Source: Candidatus Obscuribacterales bacterium
GTDB lineage: Bacteria > Cyanobacteriota > Vampirovibrionia > Obscuribacterales > Obscuribacteraceae
Direction: 5' to 3'
NCBI GenBank assembly: GCA_965228855.1
Contig: CBDDIJ010000005.1
Span: 960,001-1,024,000, forward strand
DNA: 64,000 nucleotides
The translations under genes were made by a program, and so were the position numbers. Shown here piece after piece: positions 1 to 9,623 of the stretch. The number at the start of each line of letters is the position of its first letter. Within the stretch, counting starts at the first letter, position 1. Below the pieces are notes generated by a model that searched no databases, was not told the origin of the DNA, and saw nothing but the letters and a program-made list of their open reading frames with translations.

Positions 1-215
1 TCCTTCGGATCTTGTTTGAATTTGACGTGAATGATTGGATCGCCATTCGTGACGGTGACCCGTTCGATTCCCGAAGAAGGATTCTGCAGAGTTTTAAGCA
101 GACCCGAGTAAGTGATAGGTTCATCTTTGCGGCTGATATTGGTCAGCGAAAAGACGAAAACAACCAACACTAGTAGTAAAACAAAAACGGCCCAAGTTGT
201 ACCGTATTTCCTCAT
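1..215 (-). CDS. ftsH: FtsH ATP-dependent metalloprotease, N-terminal part (runs off window start)
   Basis: ATG at 215 with GGAG SD. MRKYGTTWAVFVLLLVLVVFVFSLTNISRKDEPITYSGLLKTLQ..IERVTV resembles the FtsH TM1 and extracellular domain. It lies downstream of tilS, matching the conserved tilS-ftsH order. Confidence 0.75.
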   Translation of the reverse strand, partial: MRKYGTTWAVFVLLLVLVVFVFSLTNISRKDEPITYSGLLKTLQNPSSGIERVTVTNGDPIIHVKFKQDPK

Positions 216-245
216 CTGCATCTGCTCCAGTAGCCTCGTCCTCAG

Positions 246-273
246 ATTATATCATGATTAGATCACGCCGCAA
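246..273 (-). promoter_or_regulatory. sigma70 promoter for ftsH
   Basis: Minus strand reads TTGCGG-N16-TATAAT with an extended -10 (TGA-TATAAT). Confidence 0.6.
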
Positions 274-560
274 TCGCTGTAGCAATCGGGTTTTCCGCGA
301 TTCATGACATCCCTTTCTGGAGGCTTTGTAGTACCGGGAACGCCAGTTGTTCAACCTCTTCCAATGAGACGAACCGCTCCCAAACGTGTCAATTCCGACT
401 GACCCAGTGACGTACACTAATTACTGTTGTTCCGGCGCTGGTCAATCATTCGAACAATCAAAACTCATTGAATTGAAACGTCACATTTAGCGTTATAACA
501 GACTTCCAGACCGCCACCCGGCGGTCCTTAATTAATTCATCAAGTTGCAAAGCCCTCTTT

Positions 561-2093
561 TCAGGCCCAAACCGCATCGCCTGATGTAGTGAGGTCCTGG
601 AGACTCAAGCGATGTGTCGGTCCGTCTGCAAAACGCAACAATTCACTTATGCCGACGCCGGGCACCCATAAAACTTCATCCGAGTCGGCAAGGACCAAAG
701 TGTATTTGAGCGGCGATGGCTCGTGCGTGTGCAGGTACTTCTTCAAGCGCACTTTCTTGGTCATGCCGAACGGCTGAATGATGTCGCCCGGTCTGCGCAA
801 ACGCAAAACGAGAGGTCTCTTCGCCTTTTCAAGATCGACGAGAACTTCCATAGCGTTCGGCGCCGGAATGCCACCATCCGTTTTCAAGTCTTCGGGCACT
901 AGCTTTTCGACGCGCAGGCTCTTATCCAGCCAGCTTACAATGTTCGTTCTGCTTTTCGCGTCGCCCTCAGGAAAGTTGATCGTTGTTTCCTGCCGCAACA
1001 AGAAGTCTGAGGGTGTCTCGTCGAGGGCAATTTGTTGCCAGCGCAGCTTGTCGCGGTCGATTCGCACTTCCCATTCAACTGACAGCGTGAGCGCTTTGTC
1101 GACACCACTTAAGATTGTCAAAACATTCTCTACTCTCTCGAAGGTCGGTTCGATCGCACGAGCCCTCAACATCCTTGCGATAATGCGCCTCTTGAGCGCG
1201 ATGTGCAACTCCGAAAACAACTTAATGCGCAGGAACTCGCCCCTGGTATCAGTGCCACCAACTGTTGAAAGCGCTTTTTCTGTTTCGCTCACAAGAAAAT
1301 CTTCTTGCTCTACGAGTATCGATCTGAATCTTTCCATGCGGTTTTTCCAACCTGGAAATTTCTCGTCGATGTTCGGTATTAATTGCGCTCTTATATAGTT
1401 GCGAGCATAATGCAAGTTTTCGTTGCTGCTGTCAAAGTGCGAACCAATTTGCTCGATTGCGAGAAACCGCTGACAATCAGCTTTTGTGACAGTCAACATT
1501 GGACGCACCAGATAGATGTTGCTATCGCGAACAACTTCTCTACGCGTCTCCATGCCAGTTAAACCGGTCGGAGATGTACCGCGAAACAGGCGAAACAAGA
1601 GCGTTTCCGTCTGATCATCCAGCGTATGACCGGCAACAATGATTTGACAATCGGTTGCGCGCGCATGCTCATATAAAAACCGATACCGCAATTCGCGCAG
1701 CACATTCTCGGAAACTGCGATGTCCGCGTCTTGTTGGCTGCCAAAATCATCCAGGCGGTAGACGTTGAATTCGAGATTTAGATCAGCGCATAAGCTCGTA
1801 CAAAACTCTTGGTCCAGATCCGATTCCAGACCGCGCAAACCGTGATTGATGTGACAGACACTGACGTCCCAGCCCATCGGCTTGGCAAGTTGTGACATCG
1901 CGACCGTCAGCGCCGTAGAATCAGAACCACCCGACAACGCAATCAAAATGCGCCTGCAATCAGGCGCGACCAGTTTTGCCACCTTAAGAGCGCTTATCTC
2001 GTGCGACAATCTCGCTGCCACGCGAGCAACGAACTCAAATTCGCCGATGTGATTTTCAACAGTCATCGAGAATGACCTTATACCCGGTTCCAC
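561..2093 (-). CDS. tilS: tRNA(Ile)-lysidine synthetase
   Basis: ALSGGSDS PP-loop, HINHGLR, GHTLDDQTET, DSSN..YARNYIR motifs and a TilS C-terminal domain. The start may be the ATG at 2066. Confidence 0.95.
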   Translation of the reverse strand: MEPGIRSFSMTVENHIGEFEFVARVAARLSHEISALKVAKLVAPDCRRILIALSGGSDSTALTVAMSQLAKPMGWDVSVCHINHGLRGLESDLDQEFCTSLCADLNLEFNVYRLDDFGSQQDADIAVSENVLRELRYRFLYEHARATDCQIIVAGHTLDDQTETLLFRLFRGTSPTGLTGMETRREVVRDSNIYLVRPMLTVTKADCQRFLAIEQIGSHFDSSNENLHYARNYIRAQLIPNIDEKFPGWKNRMERFRSILVEQEDFLVSETEKALSTVGGTDTRGEFLRIKLFSELHIALKRRIIARMLRARAIEPTFERVENVLTILSGVDKALTLSVEWEVRIDRDKLRWQQIALDETPSDFLLRQETTINFPEGDAKSRTNIVSWLDKSLRVEKLVPEDLKTDGGIPAPNAMEVLVDLEKAKRPLVLRLRRPGDIIQPFGMTKKVRLKKYLHTHEPSPLKYTLVLADSDEVLWVPGVGISELLRFADGPTHRLSLQDLTTSGDAVWA

Positions 2094-2132
2094 CTAACTT
2101 GCGACGCGATCCTAAACGATCGCAAAGTGGCG

Positions 2133-2146
2133 CAGGGAAATCCCTG
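2133..2146. promoter_or_regulatory. palindromic operator candidate CAGGGAAATCCCTG
   Basis: Perfect 6-bp arms in the divergent promoter region. Similar GGG(G)A..TCCC palindromes occur near 9540, 18164 and 57836. Confidence 0.35.
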
Positions 2147-2245
2147 ATTATTTGCAACTTTGTGCAAAATCGCAATAACTTGCGTTATCCTAGCAATTAG
2201 ACTGATTATTCGGCTATCGGCTCAAGCACCAATCGGAGACCGTGA

Positions 2246-3022
2246 GTGAAGGGTTGCAAATTTATCGCTGTTGCTCTGGCATTGTCGTTAAGCGCTCCGT
2301 GCGCTTTTGCCAATGAGCCGCTCAAAGGCGGCGTCGAGGAAACAGGCACGTTCGAGGAGCCCCGTCAGCAAGAAATCATGGAGATGCCCACGCCCCAACT
2401 CGCGCCACAGAAGGGCGACCTGGACTCCAACAAGCTCAACGGCAACGTTAAAGACGACACTTTAAAAGGGCAGGTTGACGACCAGGGCGGCGAGGATATG
2501 ACTGCAGGCGTGCCGCAGAGTGATGGCAGCGAGCGCCCGCTTTTGCGCGGCAAAGCTGCGCTCGATGGCGAGGGCGGATACTCGGGAGACGACCCGGATG
2601 CTGATGATTCGGAGCTTCAAGTAGCCTGGGACAAGTGGCGCAACAAATTTCTCTGGGCGGTTCAGTCCGGTGTTCAGGAGTCTTTGAACAATCCGGACGA
2701 TGAAAACTTGCGGTGGGATCCGCAAAAACAGGCAGTGGTCATGCGCTTTCCGTTGGGAACAACCGCGTGGTTTTCAGCAAAGGTTGACAACAATCGACAT
2801 GTCACAAGCGTGAAAATCATGCACTCGTCTGGGTTCCCAGGTTACGACAGAGCGGTGACAGAAGCGGTCCGCAATCTTGAAGGTACGACCATTCTTCAGT
2901 TTCCCAAGCGGTCGCGCCGACCGTTCATCACGCAAGCAGCCGGGATTAAAACTTCAGATCAAGGCGGCAACCAGTTCTTCAAGTTCGGCGATGTAGAGCG
3001 CTACCGGACTGGCGGGTATTGA
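2246..3022 (+). CDS. secreted protein with TonB C-terminal-like domain
   Basis: Signal peptide (..APCAFA), GGAG SD with GTG start, and SSGFPGYDRAVTEAVRNL resembling TonB_C/TolA. Confidence 0.65.
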   Translation: MKGCKFIAVALALSLSAPCAFANEPLKGGVEETGTFEEPRQQEIMEMPTPQLAPQKGDLDSNKLNGNVKDDTLKGQVDDQGGEDMTAGVPQSDGSERPLLRGKAALDGEGGYSGDDPDADDSELQVAWDKWRNKFLWAVQSGVQESLNNPDDENLRWDPQKQAVVMRFPLGTTAWFSAKVDNNRHVTSVKIMHSSGFPGYDRAVTEAVRNLEGTTILQFPKRSRRPFITQAAGIKTSDQGGNQFFKFGDVERYRTGGY

Positions 3023-3039
3023 TATTCAATTCGAAAAAA

Positions 3040-3113
3040 TGGCATGGGGCAGAATCGAACTGCCGACCTGGCGGTTATGAGTCGCCCGCTCTAACCTTCT
3101 GAGCTACCATGCC
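3040..3113 (-). tRNA. tRNA with CAU anticodon (Ile2 or elongator Met)
   Basis: GGCATGG/CCATGCC acceptor stem, AGCTCAG..GG..AGAGC D-arm, CT-CAT-AA loop and TTCGATT T-loop. G1:C72 is paired, so it is not an initiator. CCA is not encoded. Confidence 0.95.
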
Positions 3114-3245
3114 GCGACTGAAGTTGATTATCTAAACCATTAAGGCTTGGTGTCAAGCTTAAATCGAAGTTATGAAATTAGGTCACGGGCTTCGAGCGCC
3201 GATAAGATGGCATTATTCGTTCCACTTTGCAGGCAGACAACAACC

Positions 3246-3521
3246 GTGATTATCATTTACGAAATTGCCGTTATCGGCCTTCTAGTTTCCTTCGTAGTGT
3301 TCTGCGCGCGTCCGCTTTTCGAGGCTCACGCCGACAGAATTCGTTCTCAAGCAGAAAGAGACGCTCAGAAAAACAGCCCCAATAAGCTTGAAAGCAAAGT
3401 TGCATTCCTGGAAGCAGAGGTCCTGGACTTGCGCCAGCAACTCAAGGGTCTTCAAGAATCCAATGAATTCGCTCTGCGCCTGGCAGAGGAAGGCGCAAAC
3501 GTTTCCCGAGCGAAGTCGTAG
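3246..3521 (+). CDS. small membrane-anchored coiled-coil protein
   Basis: TM segment IYEIAVIGLLVSFVVFCA followed by a heptad region. The likely start is the GTG at 3246; the ORF track starts at 3147. Confidence 0.65.
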   Translation: MIIIYEIAVIGLLVSFVVFCARPLFEAHADRIRSQAERDAQKNSPNKLESKVAFLEAEVLDLRQQLKGLQESNEFALRLAEEGANVSRAKS

Positions 3522-3609
3522 CAATTAGCTGAGTGCAATTTTGCCCACTTGCTTCGCACTCGCCTTCAAAACGAGCGCCACCGCATACAGTGGCGGCCGC
3601 CAGCCCTGA

Positions 3610-4329
3610 TTAGTTTTGATGTCCGTTTCTGCAAGCGGCGACGAACTCATCGAACAATGGCTTGTTCGTCTCGTAGTCCCGCTCCGGATGCCACTGCACT
3701 CCAATCACAAATTTTCTATCCGCGAGTTCAACAGCTTCAGGAACTCCGTCATCCGAATGTGCGACTATCTTCAAACCTTTGCCCAGGCGGTTTACAGCCT
3801 GGTGGTGCGAAGTTGAAACGCCAATTCTGTCCTTCTTATATATCTGATAGATCTTGCTGTCTTTCTGGACGACCACATCGTGATTGTTGAAACCCACTTC
3901 CCATCCGTTCGGACTGGCGTGAGGAACTTGCGATTCTGGGAAATGTTTCTTGATATCTTGCAACAGCGATCCACCCAGACCAATGTTTAACAGCTGACAA
4001 CCAAGACAAATTCCGAGAATCGGCAAACGCGACTCTTTCAAAGCCTCGTCCAGGAGCAGGAAATCGAAACCTTCGCGACGCTCGTCGATCAGTTTGACGG
4101 TTTCATCTTGCTCTTCACAGTAACGTTTAGGTGAGTAGTCCGCACCACCGATGAACATCAATCCATCGATTCGGCTGAGCACGTGACGCAAGTCCTCATC
4201 GGACAGAGGCGGGATCATTACCGGGATTCCGCCACTTTTGTGAATCGCTTCCAGATACGGAATCTGCAACGAAGCCTCCGGCGGAGGACCGACTCTAAGA
4301 TCGACGTTGATACCAATAATTGGCTTCAT
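3610..4329 (-). CDS. peptidase C26 / gamma-glutamyl-GABA hydrolase-like glutamine amidotransferase
   Basis: MKPIIGI, GGADYSP, LGICLGCQ, HHQAV and GVQWHPE motifs. AAGGAG SD before the ATG at 4329. Confidence 0.9.
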   Translation of the reverse strand: MKPIIGINVDLRVGPPPEASLQIPYLEAIHKSGGIPVMIPPLSDEDLRHVLSRIDGLMFIGGADYSPKRYCEEQDETVKLIDERREGFDFLLLDEALKESRLPILGICLGCQLLNIGLGGSLLQDIKKHFPESQVPHASPNGWEVGFNNHDVVVQKDSKIYQIYKKDRIGVSTSHHQAVNRLGKGLKIVAHSDDGVPEAVELADRKFVIGVQWHPERDYETNKPLFDEFVAACRNGHQN

Positions 4330-4474
4330 GTTTTTTGACTCCTTGATGTTAACTGGCATATACGCCTTCTCAGAGTCATTGAGACTCTACCAGTCACCAA
4401 CACTGATACTCTACAATCTCTGCGTTTATTTATCGAGTCCTGAAAGCCGATCGCGTGATATCTTAGTCAAGTTT

Positions 4475-4483
4475 TTATCCACA
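4475..4483 (+). promoter_or_regulatory. perfect DnaA box TTATCCACA upstream of pyrE
   Basis: Exact consensus 9-mer just 5' of the GAGGAG SD. Single copy. Confidence 0.35.
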
Positions 4484-4500
4484 TTCCTGAGGAGATATCC

Positions 4501-5190
4501 ATGGGTCTCACAACTTCTGCGATCGAAACAGCCGTAGGCGATCTGCTAAAAGCAGTCGGAGCCTGGAGAACGGGACATTTCCTTTTGACCAGTGGACTGC
4601 ATAGCGATCAGTACATGCAATGCCAGAGAGTTATGCAGTACCCGCAGTTTGGAAACCTACTGGCGGACTTGTTAGTGGATAAACTTTTTGAGAATGGAAT
4701 CAAACCAGATATCGTTGTCGGACCGGCTCTCGGTGCGGTTCACTGGGAAGTGTTTGTCGCGTCGGCACTCGAGCGCAAGCGTCATTCGAATCTCAATGAC
4801 TACTTTTTGACAGCTGACTCGGTGGAGAAAGCAATCGAGCAATCGCATATCGATTCGATGGTCAAAGCTGTATTTGCTGAAAGGGCAGCAGGTTCGGACG
4901 AGTTTTCCATTCGCCGAGGAATCGAACTTGAGAAAGGCGTAAAAGTCTTTGTAGTCGAGGATGTCACCACTACTGGTGGCAGCGCGCGTAAGGTTGTCGA
5001 GCTGTTAAAGACCATGGGCGCCGACCCCGTTGGAGTCGGAGCGATCGTCGATCGAAGCGGAGGCTCCGCAAAGTTTGACGTGCCGTTCATCAGCTTGTTG
5101 AAACTGAGTCTCGCGACATATCAACCGGATGCATGCCCGTTGTGCAAAGACGGCTCAGTAGCAGAGAAGCCGGGAAGCAGCAAAAAATAA
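4501..5190 (+). CDS. pyrE: orotate phosphoribosyltransferase
   Basis: GHFLLTSGLHS, VVEDVTTTGGS PRPP motif and CPLCK..KPGS C-terminus. Confidence 0.93.
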   Translation: MGLTTSAIETAVGDLLKAVGAWRTGHFLLTSGLHSDQYMQCQRVMQYPQFGNLLADLLVDKLFENGIKPDIVVGPALGAVHWEVFVASALERKRHSNLNDYFLTADSVEKAIEQSHIDSMVKAVFAERAAGSDEFSIRRGIELEKGVKVFVVEDVTTTGGSARKVVELLKTMGADPVGVGAIVDRSGGSAKFDVPFISLLKLSLATYQPDACPLCKDGSVAEKPGSSKK

Positions 5191-5196
5191 GCAACT

Positions 5197-5589
5197 TCAT
5201 TCGGAGTGCCTATCATCGCGACGAGCATCCTCACGATGGGCGTTAGCGTGCTTTCCCTTCACTTTGTTCTTTGCCTTTTTCCAGGTCTTACTTGTTCGCA
5301 CTAGTGAAAAACCGCCTCCGCGCGCGGCGCCTGCGGCAGCACCGCCCATGGCGCCGCCAGTAACGATACCGAGTCCGGTGCCTATGCCGGCGCCGAGAAC
5401 GGCAGCTTTAGAGGCTTTCCTCAGCCGTGGGTGACGGTCGAAGAAACTGTGAAATCCTTTGAGAGCGTATACTTCTCCGGGCGCTTGATTCGCTTCTGCT
5501 TCGAGCGATGCGACAAACGTCGCTCCTGCAGCGCTCATGATTGTTGATACGACTAATAGAAACGCAATGTGTTTCGTAAATTTTGTCAT
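5197..5589 (-). CDS. small secreted/membrane glycine-zipper protein
   Basis: Signal peptide, GAGIGTGLGIVTGGAMGGAAAGAARG segment and basic tail. Confidence 0.6.
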   Translation of the reverse strand: MTKFTKHIAFLLVVSTIMSAAGATFVASLEAEANQAPGEVYALKGFHSFFDRHPRLRKASKAAVLGAGIGTGLGIVTGGAMGGAAAGAARGGGFSLVRTSKTWKKAKNKVKGKHANAHREDARRDDRHSE

Positions 5590-5735
5590 CGGCAGAACCT
5601 CTGTGTTTCCGCCGCACCACTTGATCTATTGAATAAATAGCGCACGAGAGGCTGCCAATAGAACTTTTGCGCCTTTCGGTTTACAAAACATTGTGTCCTT
5701 TAGCTTGCAAATAGTTCCGTGCAATTAGCGAACAG

Positions 5736-6788
5736 TCAAACGCCGAGCTTTGTTTTGATAAGCCTCTTGGTTTTCGGGAAACAGCGACTCAAGTCGTCGG
5801 CTTTATCGTCACCCTGCCCAAGCAGGTCAGCCGCCAGATCGTTACAGGTTTCCTTCCGCCCCCATTCGTCATCCTTGAGATAGGTCGCAAGTTTGTCGCG
5901 GTAAGAGTCTGGGACGATAGCTTTTTCAGCTTCGTATTGCTCTTTTACTTTCGGGTCGCTAGTGAAATTCCACGATTGATCCAGCACCTGGAAGCACATA
6001 TTAAAAACGGTATGTTTCAGATCAGTTGCCGGCCGGACATTCCCGAGATTCGTTCCAAAGCGCAGTTTCGGGCGCTCATACATGTACATATCTTTTCCGT
6101 AAATTCGACCTGGAACTTCAGCGAGTGTCGGTGCCTCCGACTGTTCCTCCTTTTCAAGATCTTCCATAGATTCAGGCCACTTATCAATTAGATTCGGGGC
6201 AATGTGGATAGTCGCGGTGCTTTCGTCCAGCTGCTTTCTCAGATGCGGCGGCAATGCTGCGACGGCCTCTCGAATCGCTCTGAGCGAGTTGGCGCTGACC
6301 TGAGGATGGCTGAATTTCGGTGGTTCAACATAAATGCGGTCCTTCAGCCCAGTAATCGGAGCAGGTTTGTCGTCAGCGGTTGCGACGGGTCCGCCGACCA
6401 CCTTCACAGGGGGAGGCATAACCGGTTTGGTCGCGACGCCAGCAGGTGCACTGGCTTTTGCTTTCGCGATCGGCAGACTTTGCTTGGCGATTTTGGCATC
6501 TTCGGAGTTCGCGAAATTGTTTATCAAAGTCTCGTAGCAGCGAACCGCACGCGCATACTGTCCGTTTCGCAAGAAAGTGTGTCCGGAGAGAAGCCAAACC
6601 CTTGGAGTCCTGAGCCCTTGAGCCACCGCCAGACCGAAGTGCTCTTCAGCAGCATTGTAATCGCCGGCATAGTAAGCCTTGCGCCCAATTTCGAACTCGT
6701 CTTCGCCGGCGGCAAAAACCGCAGAAGGAAACAGCATGGCGAAAACAGGCAAAAGCACCGCCAGTCCGCCCACAGCCGACTTCTTCAC
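5736..6788 (-). CDS. secreted TPR protein with degenerate ATLF/Pro-Pro-endopeptidase-like domain
   Basis: Signal peptide and N-terminal TPR. The C-terminal domain has zincin-like spacing, but the HExxH position reads NMCFQ. Confidence 0.6.
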   Translation of the reverse strand: MKKSAVGGLAVLLPVFAMLFPSAVFAAGEDEFEIGRKAYYAGDYNAAEEHFGLAVAQGLRTPRVWLLSGHTFLRNGQYARAVRCYETLINNFANSEDAKIAKQSLPIAKAKASAPAGVATKPVMPPPVKVVGGPVATADDKPAPITGLKDRIYVEPPKFSHPQVSANSLRAIREAVAALPPHLRKQLDESTATIHIAPNLIDKWPESMEDLEKEEQSEAPTLAEVPGRIYGKDMYMYERPKLRFGTNLGNVRPATDLKHTVFNMCFQVLDQSWNFTSDPKVKEQYEAEKAIVPDSYRDKLATYLKDDEWGRKETCNDLAADLLGQGDDKADDLSRCFPKTKRLIKTKLGV

Positions 6789-6859
6789 AGTTTCTCCTCC
6801 CTTTTTATGGAATTCCTAGAAAACCATACCCAGGTTTTTCACGCTCTATTCGACTAAAC

Positions 6860-9460
6860 CTACGCCGCTGCTGCCAGCAATTGAATCAAGTCCTCGCGAA
6901 GCTCCTCTAAATTCTGATAACGCGCGCTAGGATCTTTTGCCATCATTTTGCGAATCACAGCATCCAGGTCCCGGCCGAAATTAGCTTCAGGTCGGGCTTC
7001 GCGAATAGATGCCGGTGGTTGATAGAGGTGAGAACAGATTATTTCAAAAAACGAATTACCACGAATCGCACGAACTCCAGTAAGAGTCTCAAACAAAACG
7101 CAGCCGAGCGAATATATGTCGGAGCGAGAATCAAGAGGCTGTCCCTGACATTGCTCAGGACTCAGATATGCAGGGATTCCTGTAACCGGTCCGGTGATAG
7201 ACAGCGGGTCGAGCTGTTCACCTTCCGGTGACAAGCGCTTCGCGATACCGAAGTCGACAATTTTCGCAAGCTCAAGTGGCGTTCTTGGATCGACAAGCAA
7301 GATATTGGCCGGGCAGATATCGCGGTGCACTACGCCAGCGTCATGCGCGACTGACAATCCATCAACGATTTGAAGAAAGATAGCAATACATCGTTCGACG
7401 TCGAAAGGTCCGTCCTTTTTCAACAAGTCTTCGAGCGAAACTCCTCGACTAAATTCGAGCACCAGATATGGTTGGTCACCGGATGCGATACCAAAGTCAT
7501 GGAGGCGCACGAGGTTGGAATGGTCGAGTCTACTTATGCTTTTTGCATCTCGCTGAAAGCGCTGCGTCGCTACATCATTAAGCCGCAAGCCCTTGAATGG
7601 TGCAAGTATTTTGATTGAGAAAATTCGTTCGGAAAAGACGTTCCTCGCTTTATAAACGCGATGAGCGCCGTCATCCGGCAAGCGAGACAAAATCGAATAC
7701 TTGCCTGCGATTAACTTACCGACCCAATTATCGTTTTCCGATTTTGAGAGATCTCCAGTCGTGCCACAACGCAAATCATTTTTCCAGACGACATCCGTGT
7801 AACTGAGCGCGGCAAGCCCATCCGGGTCGCCCAATTCAGCCGCCTGTCGAAACAGATTTACAGCCAGTTCTTGAGACTCCTCTACACCATCACCAGTCAA
7901 ATGCATTCGACCGAGTTCCACCATTGAGGCAGTATGATTTCTGCGAGCCGCTCGATTGAGCCACTTAGCCGCCTCCTCTGAGTTTTGTGCAACACCCCAT
8001 CCGAGCAGATACATCATTCCGAGTTTAAACTGCGCGCTGAGCATTCCAAGGTTGGCAGCTTTCAGATACAACTCGCAAGCCCTGGTTCTGTCTTGCGAAA
8101 CGCCGGCGCCATGCTGGTAGCAATGCCCCTGCCAGACAAGAGCGCTCAAGTTAAATTGATCGGAGGCAGCTTTAAAAAGCTCGAACGCCTTCGCCTTGTC
8201 CTCCAAAACTTTAGATCCAAAAAAATATTGCCAGCCTAACTGTAGCTGAGCATCAGCGTTTCCACCCTCTGCTGCTGCGTTGAGAAATTGCAGCGCCTTC
8301 TCCTCGTCTTGCTCGACACCAAGTCCGGACTCATAACACTTGCTCAAACTCCAGAAAGCACCGACATGGCCTTGCTCTGCCGAACGCCTGTACCAGCGGA
8401 CCGCTTCGTCGATATCACCCTGCAAAAAATTACCATCTTCGAGCATGCGAGCGTAAGAGAGTTGCGCGTCCGCATCGCCCGATTCCGCCAGCGCTCTCCA
8501 CTGTTCGGCAGAGCGTGCCGGTGCGGGCTGATACTCTTTCGCCTCCTGCTGTTCTTCTTCTTGCGGTAACGAATCAAACTCTTTCGACGATTCGATCTCC
8601 TCAAGCATGTCGCGCGCATGAACATTGCCGGCTTCACTTGCTCTCACCAGCCAGCCATGAATTTCATCATGCGGCGGTCGATACATCTCGAATAAAACCA
8701 TCGCAAGTTGCACCATCGCATCTGAATCACCTTTGCGCGCAAGGCTGCGAAACAGCTCAGCGGCTCTGGCGATATTTTTCTCGACGCCATGCCCATTCAA
8801 ATACAAAGTCGCAAGCAACGACTTCGCATCATCGTCGTAATCCGCGGATAAGTGCAACCAGAATGCAGCTTCCAGCGGATCGCGCGCGACTGTTTCACCT
8901 TCAAAAAACATTTTGCCGAGGCTGACCTGAGCGGCAAGATTACCTTGTTCACCCGCTTTACGTCCCCAATACAATGATTTCTCAAGGTCGGGCAAGCTCA
9001 AGTCGGCGCCGTTTCTGTAAATATCAAACAAAGCGAGTTGCGCCCACTGATGCCCGTTTCGCGCGGAGCGCTCATACCAGTCTAGAGCGGTTTCAATATC
9101 ATAGGCGACCAGATCGTCAGCAGTGTAAATTTCACCGAGGAAGAACTGGGCCTCAGCGCATTCGCTTTCGGCAGCCCTGGAGAACCACTCGAAAGCCTTG
9201 GACTGATTCTCAGGAAAGTCGATGCCGTAGTGGTAGCGTTTGGCAAGGTCGTTCTGAGCTTCGGAATGCCCATTCTGAGCGGCAATCACCAGCCAGCGCG
9301 CGCCCTGCTCAAGAGCTTTGCTGCCCTTACCGCGGTCGACTTCCCAATCGTCGTCTTCCGGGGCACTCTCATCGAGCATCAGGACGGCTAATTCGTATTG
9401 CGCGTCAGCATTACCAGACTCTGCTCTGGTAACCAGGCTTTTCAAAGCGTCGTCATTCAT
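6860..9460 (-). CDS. Sel1-repeat protein with C-terminal Ser/Thr kinase domain
   Basis: Many A..G...AQ..LG..Y..G.GV repeats, plus SIKIL, HRDICPAN, DFG, YLSPEQ and DIYSLG kinase motifs. Confidence 0.9.
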   Translation of the reverse strand: MNDDALKSLVTRAESGNADAQYELAVLMLDESAPEDDDWEVDRGKGSKALEQGARWLVIAAQNGHSEAQNDLAKRYHYGIDFPENQSKAFEWFSRAAESECAEAQFFLGEIYTADDLVAYDIETALDWYERSARNGHQWAQLALFDIYRNGADLSLPDLEKSLYWGRKAGEQGNLAAQVSLGKMFFEGETVARDPLEAAFWLHLSADYDDDAKSLLATLYLNGHGVEKNIARAAELFRSLARKGDSDAMVQLAMVLFEMYRPPHDEIHGWLVRASEAGNVHARDMLEEIESSKEFDSLPQEEEQQEAKEYQPAPARSAEQWRALAESGDADAQLSYARMLEDGNFLQGDIDEAVRWYRRSAEQGHVGAFWSLSKCYESGLGVEQDEEKALQFLNAAAEGGNADAQLQLGWQYFFGSKVLEDKAKAFELFKAASDQFNLSALVWQGHCYQHGAGVSQDRTRACELYLKAANLGMLSAQFKLGMMYLLGWGVAQNSEEAAKWLNRAARRNHTASMVELGRMHLTGDGVEESQELAVNLFRQAAELGDPDGLAALSYTDVVWKNDLRCGTTGDLSKSENDNWVGKLIAGKYSILSRLPDDGAHRVYKARNVFSERIFSIKILAPFKGLRLNDVATQRFQRDAKSISRLDHSNLVRLHDFGIASGDQPYLVLEFSRGVSLEDLLKKDGPFDVERCIAIFLQIVDGLSVAHDAGVVHRDICPANILLVDPRTPLELAKIVDFGIAKRLSPEGEQLDPLSITGPVTGIPAYLSPEQCQGQPLDSRSDIYSLGCVLFETLTGVRAIRGNSFFEIICSHLYQPPASIREARPEANFGRDLDAVIRKMMAKDPSARYQNLEELREDLIQLLAAAA

Positions 9461-9623
9461 GAAAGCCCGTCCTCGGCCACCGCTGACTACACGCTAGCTT
9501 AGAAGCGCGCACATGACCAGCCCACAAACAACTGATAAGTGGGGATTTTCCCATAAAAATCCCCGAAGTTTTCTCTTAGATAGGTTGTGGGAATAATGAA
9601 AGGTCGGATCGCAATCGAGTCTT

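Noticed and set aside
4475..4483. Replication origin
   Set aside because: Only one perfect DnaA box, with no cluster and no dnaA or dnaN nearby.
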